A stretch of DNA of 64,000 bases from Candidatus Moraniibacteriota bacterium (GCA_027031495.1 JALVQA010000006.1:81535-145534); one strand, 5' to 3'; counted from the stretch's first letter, positions 21,689 through 31,822 are shown. The notes: generated by a model from the letters alone, not told the origin. Numbers and translations are program-made.

Positions 21689-22306
21689 GTGCACGAAGTA
21701 GGTCCACCGATTGCGGAACAATTAAGAGGGGAAGAAATTATTGAGATCTTTGAGAGGGGGAATAGGATTTGTGAAGATCTCAAACTTACCATATCTGATA
21801 ATTCTGGCAAGCATGTTGTCAAAAGAATTATAATAAAATATCAGGGTAAAGTCTTCATTTGCCATGTGCAATACCACTACACATACACACCTGGTGGTGG
21901 AGAGCGAATTGACATTATGGAGTGTACGGACGACTCATCGTACCTTACGGACGATGAGTTAGCTGCCCTCGCAAAAAAAGGTAGGAATATGTCAAGCCGG
22001 GATGGGCATCGTTCGCATCCCGGTTTTTTAATAGGAGCAATGGCATTGTTACCAAAAAACCGCATGTGTGTTTCATGCGGTTTTAATATCTCCTTATCAT
22101 TTTTAAGGAGCCTTTTTTTCTCTTTCTACAATTCTAAGACGGTCTTCTTCAGAAAGATCGCTAGTCATATGATACGTACCATCATTTCCGCGCATCATGC
22201 CAACATCTTCAGCACTAAAGATATGCTCGTCAGTACGGTGCGATTTTTGAAACGGTGGTGTGCGTGTAGCAGCGCTTTTCCTGTACAAATATGCAAGAAA
22301 GTTTAG
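21689..22306 (+). CDS. Hypothetical protein; ORF as drawn reads through two terminator hairpins, so true 3' end probably ~22030
   Basis: 205-aa ORF; hairpins at 21995-22030 and 22053-22086 lie inside the ORF. Confidence 0.25.
   Translation: MHEVGPPIAEQLRGEEIIEIFERGNRICEDLKLTISDNSGKHVVKRIIIKYQGKVFICHVQYHYTYTPGGGERIDIMECTDDSSYLTDDELAALAKKGRNMSSRDGHRSHPGFLIGAMALLPKNRMCVSCGFNISLSFLRSLFFSFYNSKTVFFRKIASHMIRTIISAHHANIFSTKDMLVSTVRFLKRWCACSSAFPVQICKKV
21995..22030. terminator. Intrinsic terminator CCGGGATG-loop-CATCCCGG + T6
   Basis: 8-bp stem, A-tract before and T-tract after. Confidence 0.6.
22053..22086. terminator. Bidirectional intrinsic terminator A6-CCGCATG-loop-CATGCGG-T4
   Basis: 7-bp stem flanked by A and T tracts. 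Confidence 0.6.
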
Positions 22307-22321
22307 AACTTTACCCATCAT
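22103..22321 (-). CDS. Small hypothetical protein convergent with the previous ORF
   Basis: 72-aa ORF whose stop sits just above the bidirectional terminator. Confidence 0.3.
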   Translation of the reverse strand: MMGKVLNFLAYLYRKSAATRTPPFQKSHRTDEHIFSAEDVGMMRGNDGTYHMTSDLSEEDRLRIVEREKKAP

Positions 22322-22423
22322 TGATATACTCTACATAAAAGAACTACATACAGCATAACATATATACATAACAAAATGTGGTATCATAAGAAATAATTCA
22401 TAGAAGATTTTAGGAGAAAAATT

Positions 22424-23755
22424 ATGACACAGAGGAAAATACGCACACTTGCACAGACAGATCCGCAGATTGCGCACCTTATTGCAGCAGAAGCAAAGCG
22501 TCAAGAAGAAAGCATGGAACTCATTCCGTCAGAAAATATTACATCTGCAGCTGTGCGTGAAGCAATGGGTTCAATTTTGACCAACAAATATTCCGAAGGG
22601 TATCCGCATCAACGTTACTATGGGGGACAAGAGTATATTGATGCCATTGAAGATCTTGCACGTGAGCGTGCCAAGAAACTCTTTGGCGTGCCGTATGCCA
22701 ATGTGCAGCCCTACAGTGGTTCGCCGGCGAACCTTGCTGTCTATGTAGCAACGTGTCAGCCGGGAGATACGGTGATGGGGCAAGCATTGCCCGACGGTGG
22801 ACACCTCACACACGGTTGGAAGGCGAGCGCATCAGGACACTTCTACAACGCTGTGCAGTACCATGTGAATGCGCGCGGTCGGATTGATATGGAGGAGGTG
22901 GAAGCGCTTGCGCGTAAGCATAAACCGCGCCTTATTTGGGTTGGCACGTCGGCGTATCCGTGGAAACTTAACTATGCAGCATTTGCCAAAATTGCCAAAG
23001 AAGTGGGTGCGTATCTCGTGGCGGACACATCGCACATTACCGGGCTGATCATTGCTGGTGTGCACCCTTCACCGGTAAAATATGCCGATATTATCACCAC
23101 AACAACGCACAAGACCCTGCGCGGTCCACGTGGTGGGATAATCTTGGTTACAGACAAGGGGTTGAAAAAAGATCCGGCGCTTGGTGCGAAAATTGACAAG
23201 GCGATTTTTCCGATGCTCCAAGGCGGACCGCATGATCATCAAACGGCGGCAATTGCGGTGGCGCTCAAAGAGGCATCAACGGCGGCATTTCGCGCGTATG
23301 GCAAGAAAATTGCCACTAACGCGCAGGCACTTGCGCACGCGCTCATATCATATGGCGTGGATGTTGTCGGTGGCGGGACAGATACACACCTTCTTTTGAT
23401 TAACTGTGGCAATGGTCGCGGTGCGCTTGTAGAGTTGGCGCTGGATCGTGTTGGTATTACGGTAAATAAGAACACCATTCCGCAAGATCCGTCAAACCCA
23501 TTTTATCCTAGTGGCATTCGCATTGGCACACCGTCGGTGACCACGCGCGGGATGGGTGTGCGCGAGATGCGCAAGATCGCCACGTGGATTAAGGCGGTAA
23601 TGGATCTGATTGCCGATGAACAACTGCCACAGAACGCAAAGGAACGTGCGGTGTTTGTGACACAGTTTGACCGACGCATCGCACGCAATCGTGCGCTCAC
23701 AGCGATTCGCGCTGATGTGCGCGCATTGTGCAAGCGCTTTCCGGCACAGCGTTAG
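22424..23755 (+). CDS. glyA: Serine hydroxymethyltransferase
   Basis: SENITSAAVREAMGS.LTNKYSEGYP..RYYGG, THKTLRGPRGG PLP-lysine motif. Confidence 0.95.
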   Translation: MTQRKIRTLAQTDPQIAHLIAAEAKRQEESMELIPSENITSAAVREAMGSILTNKYSEGYPHQRYYGGQEYIDAIEDLARERAKKLFGVPYANVQPYSGSPANLAVYVATCQPGDTVMGQALPDGGHLTHGWKASASGHFYNAVQYHVNARGRIDMEEVEALARKHKPRLIWVGTSAYPWKLNYAAFAKIAKEVGAYLVADTSHITGLIIAGVHPSPVKYADIITTTTHKTLRGPRGGIILVTDKGLKKDPALGAKIDKAIFPMLQGGPHDHQTAAIAVALKEASTAAFRAYGKKIATNAQALAHALISYGVDVVGGGTDTHLLLINCGNGRGALVELALDRVGITVNKNTIPQDPSNPFYPSGIRIGTPSVTTRGMGVREMRKIATWIKAVMDLIADEQLPQNAKERAVFVTQFDRRIARNRALTAIRADVRALCKRFPAQR

Positions 23756-23895
23756 CTATATGCAGGATGTGTACAGGGGGGGGTGGTGTATACCTTCGTG
23801 GATGTAAAAGGTACGAAGTATTGCATATTTTTGTAATTTTTGTTTAAATGTGTATAGATTGTTTTGTATTTGCTTTTACCGCACATACAAAAATC

Positions 23896-23968
23896 GCCAT
23901 CTTAGCTCAGTTGGTAGAGCAACGCACTCGTAACGCGTAGGTCGCCGGTTCAAGCCCGGCAGATGGCT
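23896..23968 (+). tRNA. tRNA-Thr (CGT)
   Basis: GCCATCTTAGCTCAGTTGGTAGAGC, anticodon loop CTCGTAA, T-arm GCCGGTTCAAGCCCGGC, acceptor AGATGGC. Confidence 0.85.
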
Positions 23969-23973
23969 CATTT

Positions 23974-25107
23974 ATGACGATAAAAGAGCTTATTACAGCT
24001 ACTGAGGAACTGCAAAAGCGCATCACACAGATTAGCGCTGTTTTTGATGATGAAAAAAAGAAGGCGCGTATCGCCGCACTTGAACGTGAAGTTAATCGTG
24101 ATGACTTTTGGAATGACGCGCAAAAGGCGGGAAAAATAATGCAAAAACTAGAAACACTTAAAAAGGAGCGTGCACGTATGCAATCAATTGTGACGCGATG
24201 CGTGGATCTTGCAACATTGCTCACAAACGGCAGTGATGACGAAAGCGCTCTCTATGAGGAGGAATATGAAAATCTTGCAAAGGCGGTTGATGCACTTGAG
24301 GTAAGCGTCCTTCTTTCGGAGCCTTATGATGAACATGATGCAATTATTACGCTCTATGCCGGGGCTGGCGGCACGGACGCGCAGGACTGGGTTGCAATGC
24401 TTTTGCGTATGTACATGCGTTGGGCAGAACGTCATGGTTTCAAAAGCACCATTCTTGATGAGTCGCGCGGTGCAGAGGCGGGATACAAAAGTGTAACATG
24501 CGAAATCAGTGGTGAGCGTGTATATGGTTTTTTGCGTATGGAAATGGGTACACACCGCCTTGTACGTCTTTCACCGTTTAATGCCGATAATTTGCGGCAA
24601 ACATCTTTTGCGCGCGTAGAGGTTTTACCTGTTTTGGAAGATGCGCAAGAATGTGCACTTAATCCGCAAGATTTGCGCATAGATACATATCGTTCACAAG
24701 GTGCTGGTGGACAGAGCGTGAACACAACTGACAGTGCTGTGCGCATTACACACATACCGACCGGCATTGTTGTTACATGTCAAAATGAGCGCTCGCAACT
24801 GCAGAATAAGGAGCATGCGCTTCGCGTTCTTCGCGGAAAACTGCTACAGAGGCGTCTAGAGGAACAGGCAAAAGAACGTGCAGCGCTTCGTAGCGAAAAT
24901 GTAAGTGCCGAGTGGGGGAGTCAAATTCGTTCGTATGTACTGCATCCGTACAAGATGGTCAAGGATCATCGCACGCTCTATGAAACATCGCATGTTGATG
25001 ATGTTCTTGATGGTGATATTGATGTGTTTATTGGCGCTGCATTGCGGTGGCATTTTCAACGTGAACATGGTATACTGGATATGTTGAATACGACAGTGAA
25101 AAAATAA
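23974..25107 (+). CDS. prfB: Peptide chain release factor 2, uninterrupted frame (no +1 frameshift site)
   Basis: SPF tripeptide (RLSPFNADN), GGQ (RSQGAGGQSVNTTDSAVRITHIPTGIVV); ATG 5 nt after tRNA-Thr 3' end. Confidence 0.9.
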   Translation: MTIKELITATEELQKRITQISAVFDDEKKKARIAALEREVNRDDFWNDAQKAGKIMQKLETLKKERARMQSIVTRCVDLATLLTNGSDDESALYEEEYENLAKAVDALEVSVLLSEPYDEHDAIITLYAGAGGTDAQDWVAMLLRMYMRWAERHGFKSTILDESRGAEAGYKSVTCEISGERVYGFLRMEMGTHRLVRLSPFNADNLRQTSFARVEVLPVLEDAQECALNPQDLRIDTYRSQGAGGQSVNTTDSAVRITHIPTGIVVTCQNERSQLQNKEHALRVLRGKLLQRRLEEQAKERAALRSENVSAEWGSQIRSYVLHPYKMVKDHRTLYETSHVDDVLDGDIDVFIGAALRWHFQREHGILDMLNTTVKK

Positions 25108-25132
25108 ATACTATAAAAAAACAAAGAAATCA

Positions 25133-25882
25133 ATGACAACAGAGGCTGCAGAACATACGGTGCCTGTACACGATAATGTAGAGCAGGATTCAGCTATACC
25201 GATAATTACCTTTGAAAATGTTTCTCGCATTTACCCGGGCGAGTTTGTTGCGCTTTCTGATATAAATTTGACGATCAATGAAGGAGAATTTGTTACGATT
25301 GTCGGCATGAGCGGCGCGGGAAAGTCAACACTCTTGCGCATGATCTATGCTGATGACATGCCAACAACGGGACGTGTCTTCTTTTATGAACGTCCAATTG
25401 ATGCAATAAAGCGTCGTTTGTTGCCATTTTACCGACGTAATATCGGTACTGTTTTTCAAGACTTCAAATTATTGCCAAATCGTACCGTTTTTGAAAATGT
25501 TGCTTACGCACTTGAGGTGCAGGGTGCGCCAAATGCAGAGATTGAGGAAGAAGTGCCACAGATTTTGGAGATTGTCGGTCTTGAAAATAAAATGGAGTTC
25601 TTTCCGGCACAACTTTCTGGCGGTGAACAGCAACGTGTTTCCTTAGCACGTGCACTTATTCACAGACCGCGCGTTATTGTTGCAGATGAGCCGACCGGCA
25701 ACCTTGATCCCGTTTCAACGTGGGAAATTATGCAACTTCTCTTGCGTATTAATGAATATGGCACGACTGTTGTCCTTGCAACACACAATGATGCAATCGT
25801 TGATCGCATTAAGAAGCGCGTTGTTGTCATGGATCGTGGCGTTATTGTACGTGATATTGCACAAGGAACATACTCACTCTAA
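25133..25882 (+). CDS. ftsE: Cell-division ABC ATPase FtsE
   Basis: Walker A GMSGAGKST, ABC signature LSGGEQQRVSLARAL, Walker B VIVADEPTGNLD; followed by ftsX. Confidence 0.9.
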   Translation: MTTEAAEHTVPVHDNVEQDSAIPIITFENVSRIYPGEFVALSDINLTINEGEFVTIVGMSGAGKSTLLRMIYADDMPTTGRVFFYERPIDAIKRRLLPFYRRNIGTVFQDFKLLPNRTVFENVAYALEVQGAPNAEIEEEVPQILEIVGLENKMEFFPAQLSGGEQQRVSLARALIHRPRVIVADEPTGNLDPVSTWEIMQLLLRINEYGTTVVLATHNDAIVDRIKKRVVVMDRGVIVRDIAQGTYSL

Positions 25883-25896
25883 ACCTAAGACTTTCT

Positions 25897-26832
25897 ATGA
25901 ACCGCATTACTACACGTTTTATTAAACTTGGACGCACGCTTCGCGAGGGTTTTCGCAATTTCCATCGCGACGGATGGTTGTCGTTTGCGACGGTGAGTGT
26001 CATGACGCTATCTCTCTACATTATCGCAATGACGTTTCTCCTTGTTACAGCCGGTGGGGCACTTCTAAAGAATATTCAGGATAATGTAAGTATCAGTGCA
26101 TACTTCTACCCAAGTGTTGCGGAGTCGCGCATTCTTGATATTAAGAAAGAATTGGAGGACATTGTGGAAATTAAAAGCGTAGTATACATTTCACGCGAGG
26201 ATGCACTCAAAGAATTTAAGGAGTCAACCAGTGATCCTCTCATTCTCAGCGCACTTGATGAATTTGAGAAAGAAGGCGATAATCCTCTTCTTGCTTCTCT
26301 TGTTATTAAAGCGACAGCACCGGAACACTATGAAGATATTGCAAAACTTCTTTCACTGCCAAAATATGCAGATGATATTAGTGAAGTAAACTTTTCAAAA
26401 AATCAGGGCGTTATCGGACAACTTTCACATATCATCAATGTAACGCGCACACTTGGTATGACACTTGGTGCTATCTTTATTGCAATTGCAGTACTGGTTG
26501 TCTACAATACCGTACGCATTACAATGTTTGCGCGGCGACAGGAATTTGAGATCATGCGTCTTGTTGGTGCATCAAACCTCTATGTGCGTTTGCCGTCACT
26601 TTATGAAGGGTTCTTCTATGGCGTTGCTGCAGCGTTTATGACGCTCATTCTTCTCGCACTGACGACATATTTCCTTGCACCAATCGCGGAAGGTGTTGCT
26701 TTTGGGAATATATCACTCTTTACTCTTTTTGTTCACTATCTTGGGCATATTGCGGTTACAATTTTCTTTATTGGTACGCTTCTTGGCATGATATCAAGTG
26801 CAATTGCAATCCGACGTTATCTCAAGGCATAG
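25897..26832 (+). CDS. ftsX: Cell-division permease FtsX
   Basis: FtsX topology: N-term TM, large extracellular domain, three C-terminal TMs; motif EIMRLVGASN. Confidence 0.85.
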   Translation: MNRITTRFIKLGRTLREGFRNFHRDGWLSFATVSVMTLSLYIIAMTFLLVTAGGALLKNIQDNVSISAYFYPSVAESRILDIKKELEDIVEIKSVVYISREDALKEFKESTSDPLILSALDEFEKEGDNPLLASLVIKATAPEHYEDIAKLLSLPKYADDISEVNFSKNQGVIGQLSHIINVTRTLGMTLGAIFIAIAVLVVYNTVRITMFARRQEFEIMRLVGASNLYVRLPSLYEGFFYGVAAAFMTLILLALTTYFLAPIAEGVAFGNISLFTLFVHYLGHIAVTIFFIGTLLGMISSAIAIRRYLKA

Positions 26833-26875
26833 CGCTTGCATAAAAGGATATTTCTGCTATTATGGTAGAGTATGG

Positions 26876-26946
26876 TGGGAAGTAGCCAAGCGGTAAGGCA
26901 ACGGGTTCTGGTCCCGTGATCGGGGGTTCGAATCCCTCCTTCCCAA
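26876..26946 (+). tRNA. tRNA-Gln (CTG)
   Basis: TGGGAAGTAGCCAAGCGGTAAGGCA, anticodon loop TTCTGGT, T-arm GGGGGTTCGAATCCCTC, acceptor CTTCCCA. Confidence 0.75.
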
Positions 26947-27054
26947 CAGCAATGATACACTTTGCATTAAGCGGTAAAAACGGCAGGTGATACGTCTGTC
27001 ATTTTTGTTTTTGTGCTATACTGGTACTGTATGATAATTTTCTAGAACACGTTT

Positions 27055-28005
27055 ATGTCTTCACCACAGAAAGATTCTGTTAATTATTCTTTTGTTGTCC
27101 CACTTCTCAATGAAGAAGGCAATGTCAAGGAGCTCCATCATCGTATCGTGGATGCAGCGCAAAAGATGAGCGGGACTTTTGAGATCATTTTTGTTGATGA
27201 TGGCTCTACAGATAAGACTGTTGAAATTGCACGCACACTGAGTCCTCTCACTCTTATAGAACTTCGCAAGCGATTTGGGCAAACGGCCGGTCTTGACGCT
27301 GGCATTAAGGCGGCGCGTGGAAAGATTATCTTTACAATGGACGGTGATCTACAGGATGATCCTGCCGAAACGCTTAAACTTCTCAAGAAGTTGAATGAAG
27401 GTTATGACGTCGTTGCAAGTTGGCGATATAAACGTAAGGATTCTTTCTTGAAGAAATTGTTTTCACGTGGTGCTGATAAGTTGCGCAAAATCCTTCTTCA
27501 CGACACAATTCACGATTCCGGCTGTCAATTACGTGCGTATCGCCGTGAAGTTTTTGATGGTGTAGATCTCTTCGGTGAGATGCATCGTTTTATTCCGGCA
27601 CTTCTTGAATTAGATGGTTGGAAAATTGCCGAGGTTAAAGTTGTGCACCATCCGCGCACGCACGGTACGACGAAATACAACTGGTACCGAACAATTAAGG
27701 GTTTTACAGATATGATTGCGATGTGGTTTTGGCAACGTTATGCAACACGTCCCATCCACTTCTTTGGTGGTGTGGGGCTGATGTTCCTGCTTATCGGCTT
27801 TATAATTCTTGCATGGATGTTTATTGAGAAAGTTTTCTTTGGTGCATCGCTTTCTAACCGTATTTGGCCACTTGTTGGCATATTCTTTCTTCTTGGTGGG
27901 TTGCAGTTGTTTATATTTGGGCTACTCAGCGATGTTGTAATGAAAAATTACTATCGCTTGCGAGGGCGCATGAACTATTCTATTAAGAAAATTACACGCC
28001 TATAA
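27055..28005 (+). CDS. GT2 polyprenol-phosphate glycosyltransferase (GtrB/DPM1-like) with C-terminal TMs
   Basis: YSFVVPLLNEEGNV, IIFVDDGSTDKT, TMDGDLQDDP; two C-terminal TM helices. Confidence 0.85.
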   Translation: MSSPQKDSVNYSFVVPLLNEEGNVKELHHRIVDAAQKMSGTFEIIFVDDGSTDKTVEIARTLSPLTLIELRKRFGQTAGLDAGIKAARGKIIFTMDGDLQDDPAETLKLLKKLNEGYDVVASWRYKRKDSFLKKLFSRGADKLRKILLHDTIHDSGCQLRAYRREVFDGVDLFGEMHRFIPALLELDGWKIAEVKVVHHPRTHGTTKYNWYRTIKGFTDMIAMWFWQRYATRPIHFFGGVGLMFLLIGFIILAWMFIEKVFFGASLSNRIWPLVGIFFLLGGLQLFIFGLLSDVVMKNYYRLRGRMNYSIKKITRL

Positions 28006-28020
28006 AAATACAACATTCTT

Positions 28021-29193
28021 ATGAAGATACTTTTTCTCAACTATGAGCACCCACAACTTGGTAATGGTGCTACAAATGTAGCGAGACATCTTCTCAATGT
28101 TTACAGAGAAAAGAAAAATATAAGCATTGATCTCATTACAACTGCGGTGGATAATAAAGAGCACGTAGAAGATCTTGGTGGTGATGTTCGTATTCACTAC
28201 GTACCAATTAATAAGAATCGGCATACGCTCACGCAGCTATCACTGCGCGACCTACTCGCTTATTCATGGAAAGGGTACAAAAAAGCAAAAGAGCTCATGC
28301 AACAACAAAAATACGACTATATTCACGCGTTTTCTGGTATACCATGCGGGTATATGGCACAGCGTTTATCTCGGCGTTTCAGTGTGCCATATATTGTGTC
28401 ACTACGCGGTGCGGATGTGCCGGGCTTTAGTGAGCGATACGAACACATCTATCCGCTGATAAAACCATTTATTGTTTCCGTATGGCGTGACGCTGTTGCT
28501 GTCGTTGCGAATAGTAAGAAACTGCGCGATCTTGCCTTGCAGTCAGCGCCACAACAAGAAATTTTAATTATCTACAACGGTGTAGATACCGATGTCTTTA
28601 TGCCACCAACTATCAATACATCGCGCACAAATGATCAATTTGTTGTTCTTACCGCTGCACGACAATTGACACGTAGAGAAGGTATTCACTTCGCGGTTGA
28701 CGCCTTTAGGCAAATTTGTGATTTATATCCACGCTTGAACGCAAAAATGATCATTGCCGGTGGCACGGGTAATGCTGAGGCAATGCTACACCAACGTGTT
28801 AAAGATGTCCACCTTGAAGAGAGAGTGCTCTTTGCGGGGCATCTTGACCAAAAAACGCTCATAGAAGCATATCAGAATGCTGACGTCTTTGTATTACCGT
28901 CGCTTAATGAAGGCATGAGTAATACAGTGCTTGAGGCACTTGCTTGTGGTCTGCCAGTAATCGTTACGCGCACAGGTGGCTCTGAAATTATTACGGATGG
29001 TAGGGAAGGGTTTATTGTTGAGCGGGAGAGTGCTGATGCAATTCGCGTTGCGCTTGAGCACTTTATCAAAAGCCCTGAAGCACTTGTAACGATGGGCGCT
29101 GCTGCGCGTGCACTTGCCGAAAAAATGAGTTGGCACGCCGTTGCCGATCAGCACGAAAAACTCTACTATGAAAAATATAATAAAAGGAATTAG
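28021..29193 (+). CDS. GT4 (GT-B) glycosyltransferase
   Basis: MKILFLNYEHP..GG N-term; EGMSNTVLEALACGLPVIVTRTGG C-terminal motif. Confidence 0.85.
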   Translation: MKILFLNYEHPQLGNGATNVARHLLNVYREKKNISIDLITTAVDNKEHVEDLGGDVRIHYVPINKNRHTLTQLSLRDLLAYSWKGYKKAKELMQQQKYDYIHAFSGIPCGYMAQRLSRRFSVPYIVSLRGADVPGFSERYEHIYPLIKPFIVSVWRDAVAVVANSKKLRDLALQSAPQQEILIIYNGVDTDVFMPPTINTSRTNDQFVVLTAARQLTRREGIHFAVDAFRQICDLYPRLNAKMIIAGGTGNAEAMLHQRVKDVHLEERVLFAGHLDQKTLIEAYQNADVFVLPSLNEGMSNTVLEALACGLPVIVTRTGGSEIITDGREGFIVERESADAIRVALEHFIKSPEALVTMGAAARALAEKMSWHAVADQHEKLYYEKYNKRN

Positions 29194-29559
29194 CGCATAT
29201 CTAACACTTGCCTCTTTGGTATGTATTCTTAAAATCAGTATTGCCGGCAGTCTTGTTGCGCTCCTTATTATACGGATTGACTGGGTGCATGTCGGCACAC
29301 TCTTGCGTGACGTTGATATGCGATAGTGTCTTTTTACGCTGTTGTTATTATGTTTGGCAATCTTCTTTCATCGTATCGTTTTGCACGTTTTTTTGCCAAA
29401 AAAATATGCACAATATTTTCTTTCTATAAAAACATATCCGCAACGTACGTTCTATAGCGCTATAATGCTCGGCATGGTGTTCCGTTCCATTTTACCGCGC
29501 AAAGATACTGCGCATTCTTTTCACAGTACGAAAAATGGGCGCAAGAAAGGGTAGGGAAG

Positions 29560-30238
29560 CAAATATATTCTATAGAACTAGAATGGTGATAATAATTAAG
29601 ATAAGAATTTTTATTTTCTCTAATCCAAAGAATTTTCTTTTGCCAGTTTCAAAAGAAGTAGTTTTAAGACATAAGTATATAGCGCAATAATATTATAATA
29701 ATGCATTGCATATACACGTATATACGTTTTGTATTCTTTGCATTCAATAAAGTGTAATTTTAACAATAAGTAATAATAAAACCTGTATTATAAAATAAGT
29801 AATGATATTTAGTTTTTGCTACCTCTAAATATTTTTAGAAAAAAGCATGTAGGCAGAATTTTCTCTGTGTATAAGTACTAGAGTTTGGTATATTTTTTAC
29901 CTCAAATTAACTACTAACACAGTACAGTAATACGTATATTATGTATTTACTTGTTGTGTGTATACACAAACGTTTAAAACTGTATGTAGACACTTCTTGT
30001 ATATATACGAAAGTCACGCATATAGCCAAAAATATGGCAAATTTAAAGGTTTTAGTTGTAAGTACTGAATAAGACTAAAAAATGCACAGTAAAACAGAAA
30101 GATGTTTTGTTTGGTATATGTTGGTTAAGTATGTTAAAAGTTAAAATTAGAAGTTTATTTAGTAGTAAGTGTTATGAGTCACACTTAAATAAACAACTCT
30201 TTGCGCTGTGCTTTTTTATATTATGTCGCATAAGATAC
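29560..30238. other. ORF-free, extremely AT-rich (~25-30% GC) intergenic block with palindromes (ACGTATATACGT; AGTCGC-GTGAAA-GCGACT)
   Basis: No ORF >60 aa; abrupt composition change between GT4 gene and prophage integrase. Confidence 0.6.
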
Positions 30239-30361
30239 ATTGTGCGACGTGTTGTGTATTTTTTGAAGTCGCGTGAAAGCGACTAATAAGCAACATATAC
30301 TGCCAAGATATTTTGGCTGGTTTTTTAATTTCCTGTCTGTAGTATAGCATACTTCCACCTT

Positions 30362-31267
30362 TTACGCAACATCAGTTGCGCGGTCGTAGGCCTTGTGGAC
30401 GTCGTCGTTCTGGATGTTGTAGTAGACCTGTGACGACGCCGGAGATGAGTGACCGAGGAGTTGCTGGAGATACGGCTGGTACATCTGCGCCGAGGCGAGG
30501 CGCTGGGCGAAGGCGTGACGCATAGAGTGTGGCGTCTTCCCTGTTATGCCAACGGCGCGACAGCGCGCTCGGAATATGCGCTCTACTTGCCGCGTTGTGA
30601 GGCGGCCGGTTCCGCGCAGTCCGACAAACAGCGCGCGCTCGCTCTTTTTGTGCAGTGTAGCGAGTATCGGCAACCAGCCGCGCAGAACACGCTCCGTTTC
30701 CGGCGTGAACGGAATGCTCCGGTATCCTGCTGCGTCGCGGCGTTTGCGTGTGATTGCCAGCACTTCCCTGCGGTCCAGGTCCACATCGCCTACATTGAGT
30801 GCGACAAGTTCAGAGACGCGCATACCGGTGTCGTACAGGAGCGTGAGGAGCGCCTCGTCACGAATGTCGGCAGTCGTCTCACGCGTGAATGTGCCACGCA
30901 GCAGTTGCCATTCATTGGTCGTCAGCGGCTTGTGGTGGCGTGCTCGGATGCGACCGCGAATTGGGATGGCATCGTGGCGCATCTTGAGTTGCAGTCCGTG
31001 ATGATCTGCCAGTACGCGCTCGCAGAACTTCCAGAGCTGTCGGAGAGCGATGAGGTGGAGATTGGCGGTTGTCTCTGACTTCCCCTCCCTGATGAGCTTC
31101 TGCGAGTACGGCAAGATGTGGTCCATCACGGTTACCTCCTCAATGGCAGTGTCACTCGCATAGCATGCGAATTGGCGGCAGATGTTTGTATAGATGGTCA
31201 GCGTGCGCTGGGTGTAGCGGTGAACACCCCACGCAAAGAATTGGTCTACTGCTTCGTGTATGGTCAT
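30362..31267 (-). CDS. int: Tyrosine recombinase/phage integrase (start moved to internal MTIHEAV; upstream hairpin overlaps the longer ORF)
   Basis: C-terminal catalytic motifs HSMRHAFAQRLA and LLGHSSPASSQVY (R..H..R..Y); N-terminal SAM-like core-binding domain. Confidence 0.9.
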   Translation of the reverse strand: MTIHEAVDQFFAWGVHRYTQRTLTIYTNICRQFACYASDTAIEEVTVMDHILPYSQKLIREGKSETTANLHLIALRQLWKFCERVLADHHGLQLKMRHDAIPIRGRIRARHHKPLTTNEWQLLRGTFTRETTADIRDEALLTLLYDTGMRVSELVALNVGDVDLDRREVLAITRKRRDAAGYRSIPFTPETERVLRGWLPILATLHKKSERALFVGLRGTGRLTTRQVERIFRARCRAVGITGKTPHSMRHAFAQRLASAQMYQPYLQQLLGHSSPASSQVYYNIQNDDVHKAYDRATDVA

Positions 31268-31298
31268 ACACGTAGTGTTATAGCGAATTATTGCACAT

Positions 31299-31329
31299 AA
31301 AAAAACCAACGGGGGTCTAGTCCCGTTGG
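31299..31329 (-). terminator. Intrinsic terminator (minus strand) CCAACGGG-loop-CCCGTTGG + T7 ending the phage minus-strand operon before int
   Basis: 8-bp stem followed on minus strand by TTTTTTT. Confidence 0.6.
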
Positions 31330-31594
31330 CATTTATAGTATAGCATATTCTCTACAGCCGCGCATTCCGGCGCGGCAGCGTATCGCTGCATTGTGCGAAA
31401 ATATACCATACCTCCCTATGCCGGTGAACTAGACCACGCGCTTTAGCGCTTCACCGTAGTTACTTTTGGTAACAGCGTAATGTACACCAAGAGTCCAATT
31501 TTGTCAACCAAAAACACCGGCGATGTGCCGGTGTTCAGTGTATAGCGAATGTGTGAGGGTACCGAAAGTGTGATTGGAATATCACATTTTCAGT

Positions 31595-31816
31595 TTACTC
31601 CTCCTTGTTTTTTTCGTCAACTTTTCGCCAACGCTTTCGCGCGCCCTTTCTTCCAGCAGCAATTACCTGTTCACGATCTACCGGTGATACGACGTGGCGA
31701 CGGTATGCCATTGCCTGTGCCGGAGTGATGTGTCCGGCACAAGCGTACTTTTCTATGATTTGAAGTTTCTCGGCGTCAGAGCGCGCGTCTTTCAGTGCTT
31801 CTTTGATGCTTTTCAT
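31595..31816 (-). CDS. Small basic protein directly upstream of int (excisionase-like by position; hypothetical)
   Basis: 73 aa, basic C-terminus; position typical of xis. Confidence 0.3.
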   Translation of the reverse strand: MKSIKEALKDARSDAEKLQIIEKYACAGHITPAQAMAYRRHVVSPVDREQVIAAGRKGARKRWRKVDEKNKEE

Positions 31817-31822
31817 ATCCTC

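Noticed and set aside
23907-24224. Minus-strand 105-aa ORF overlapping tRNA-Thr and the start of prfB
   Set aside because: It is antisense to a tRNA and a highly conserved gene, and its translation is low-complexity S/A/F-rich.
26876-26946. tRNA-Gln as the prophage integration site
   Set aside because: It is 3.4 kb from int with two housekeeping-type glycosyltransferase genes in between. No duplicated tRNA 3' segment is visible near 57.3-57.6 kb.
29950-29970. DnaA-box-like GTATACACA in the AT-rich block (possible oriC)
   Set aside because: It is a single near-consensus box with no cluster, and dnaA/dnaN are not nearby.
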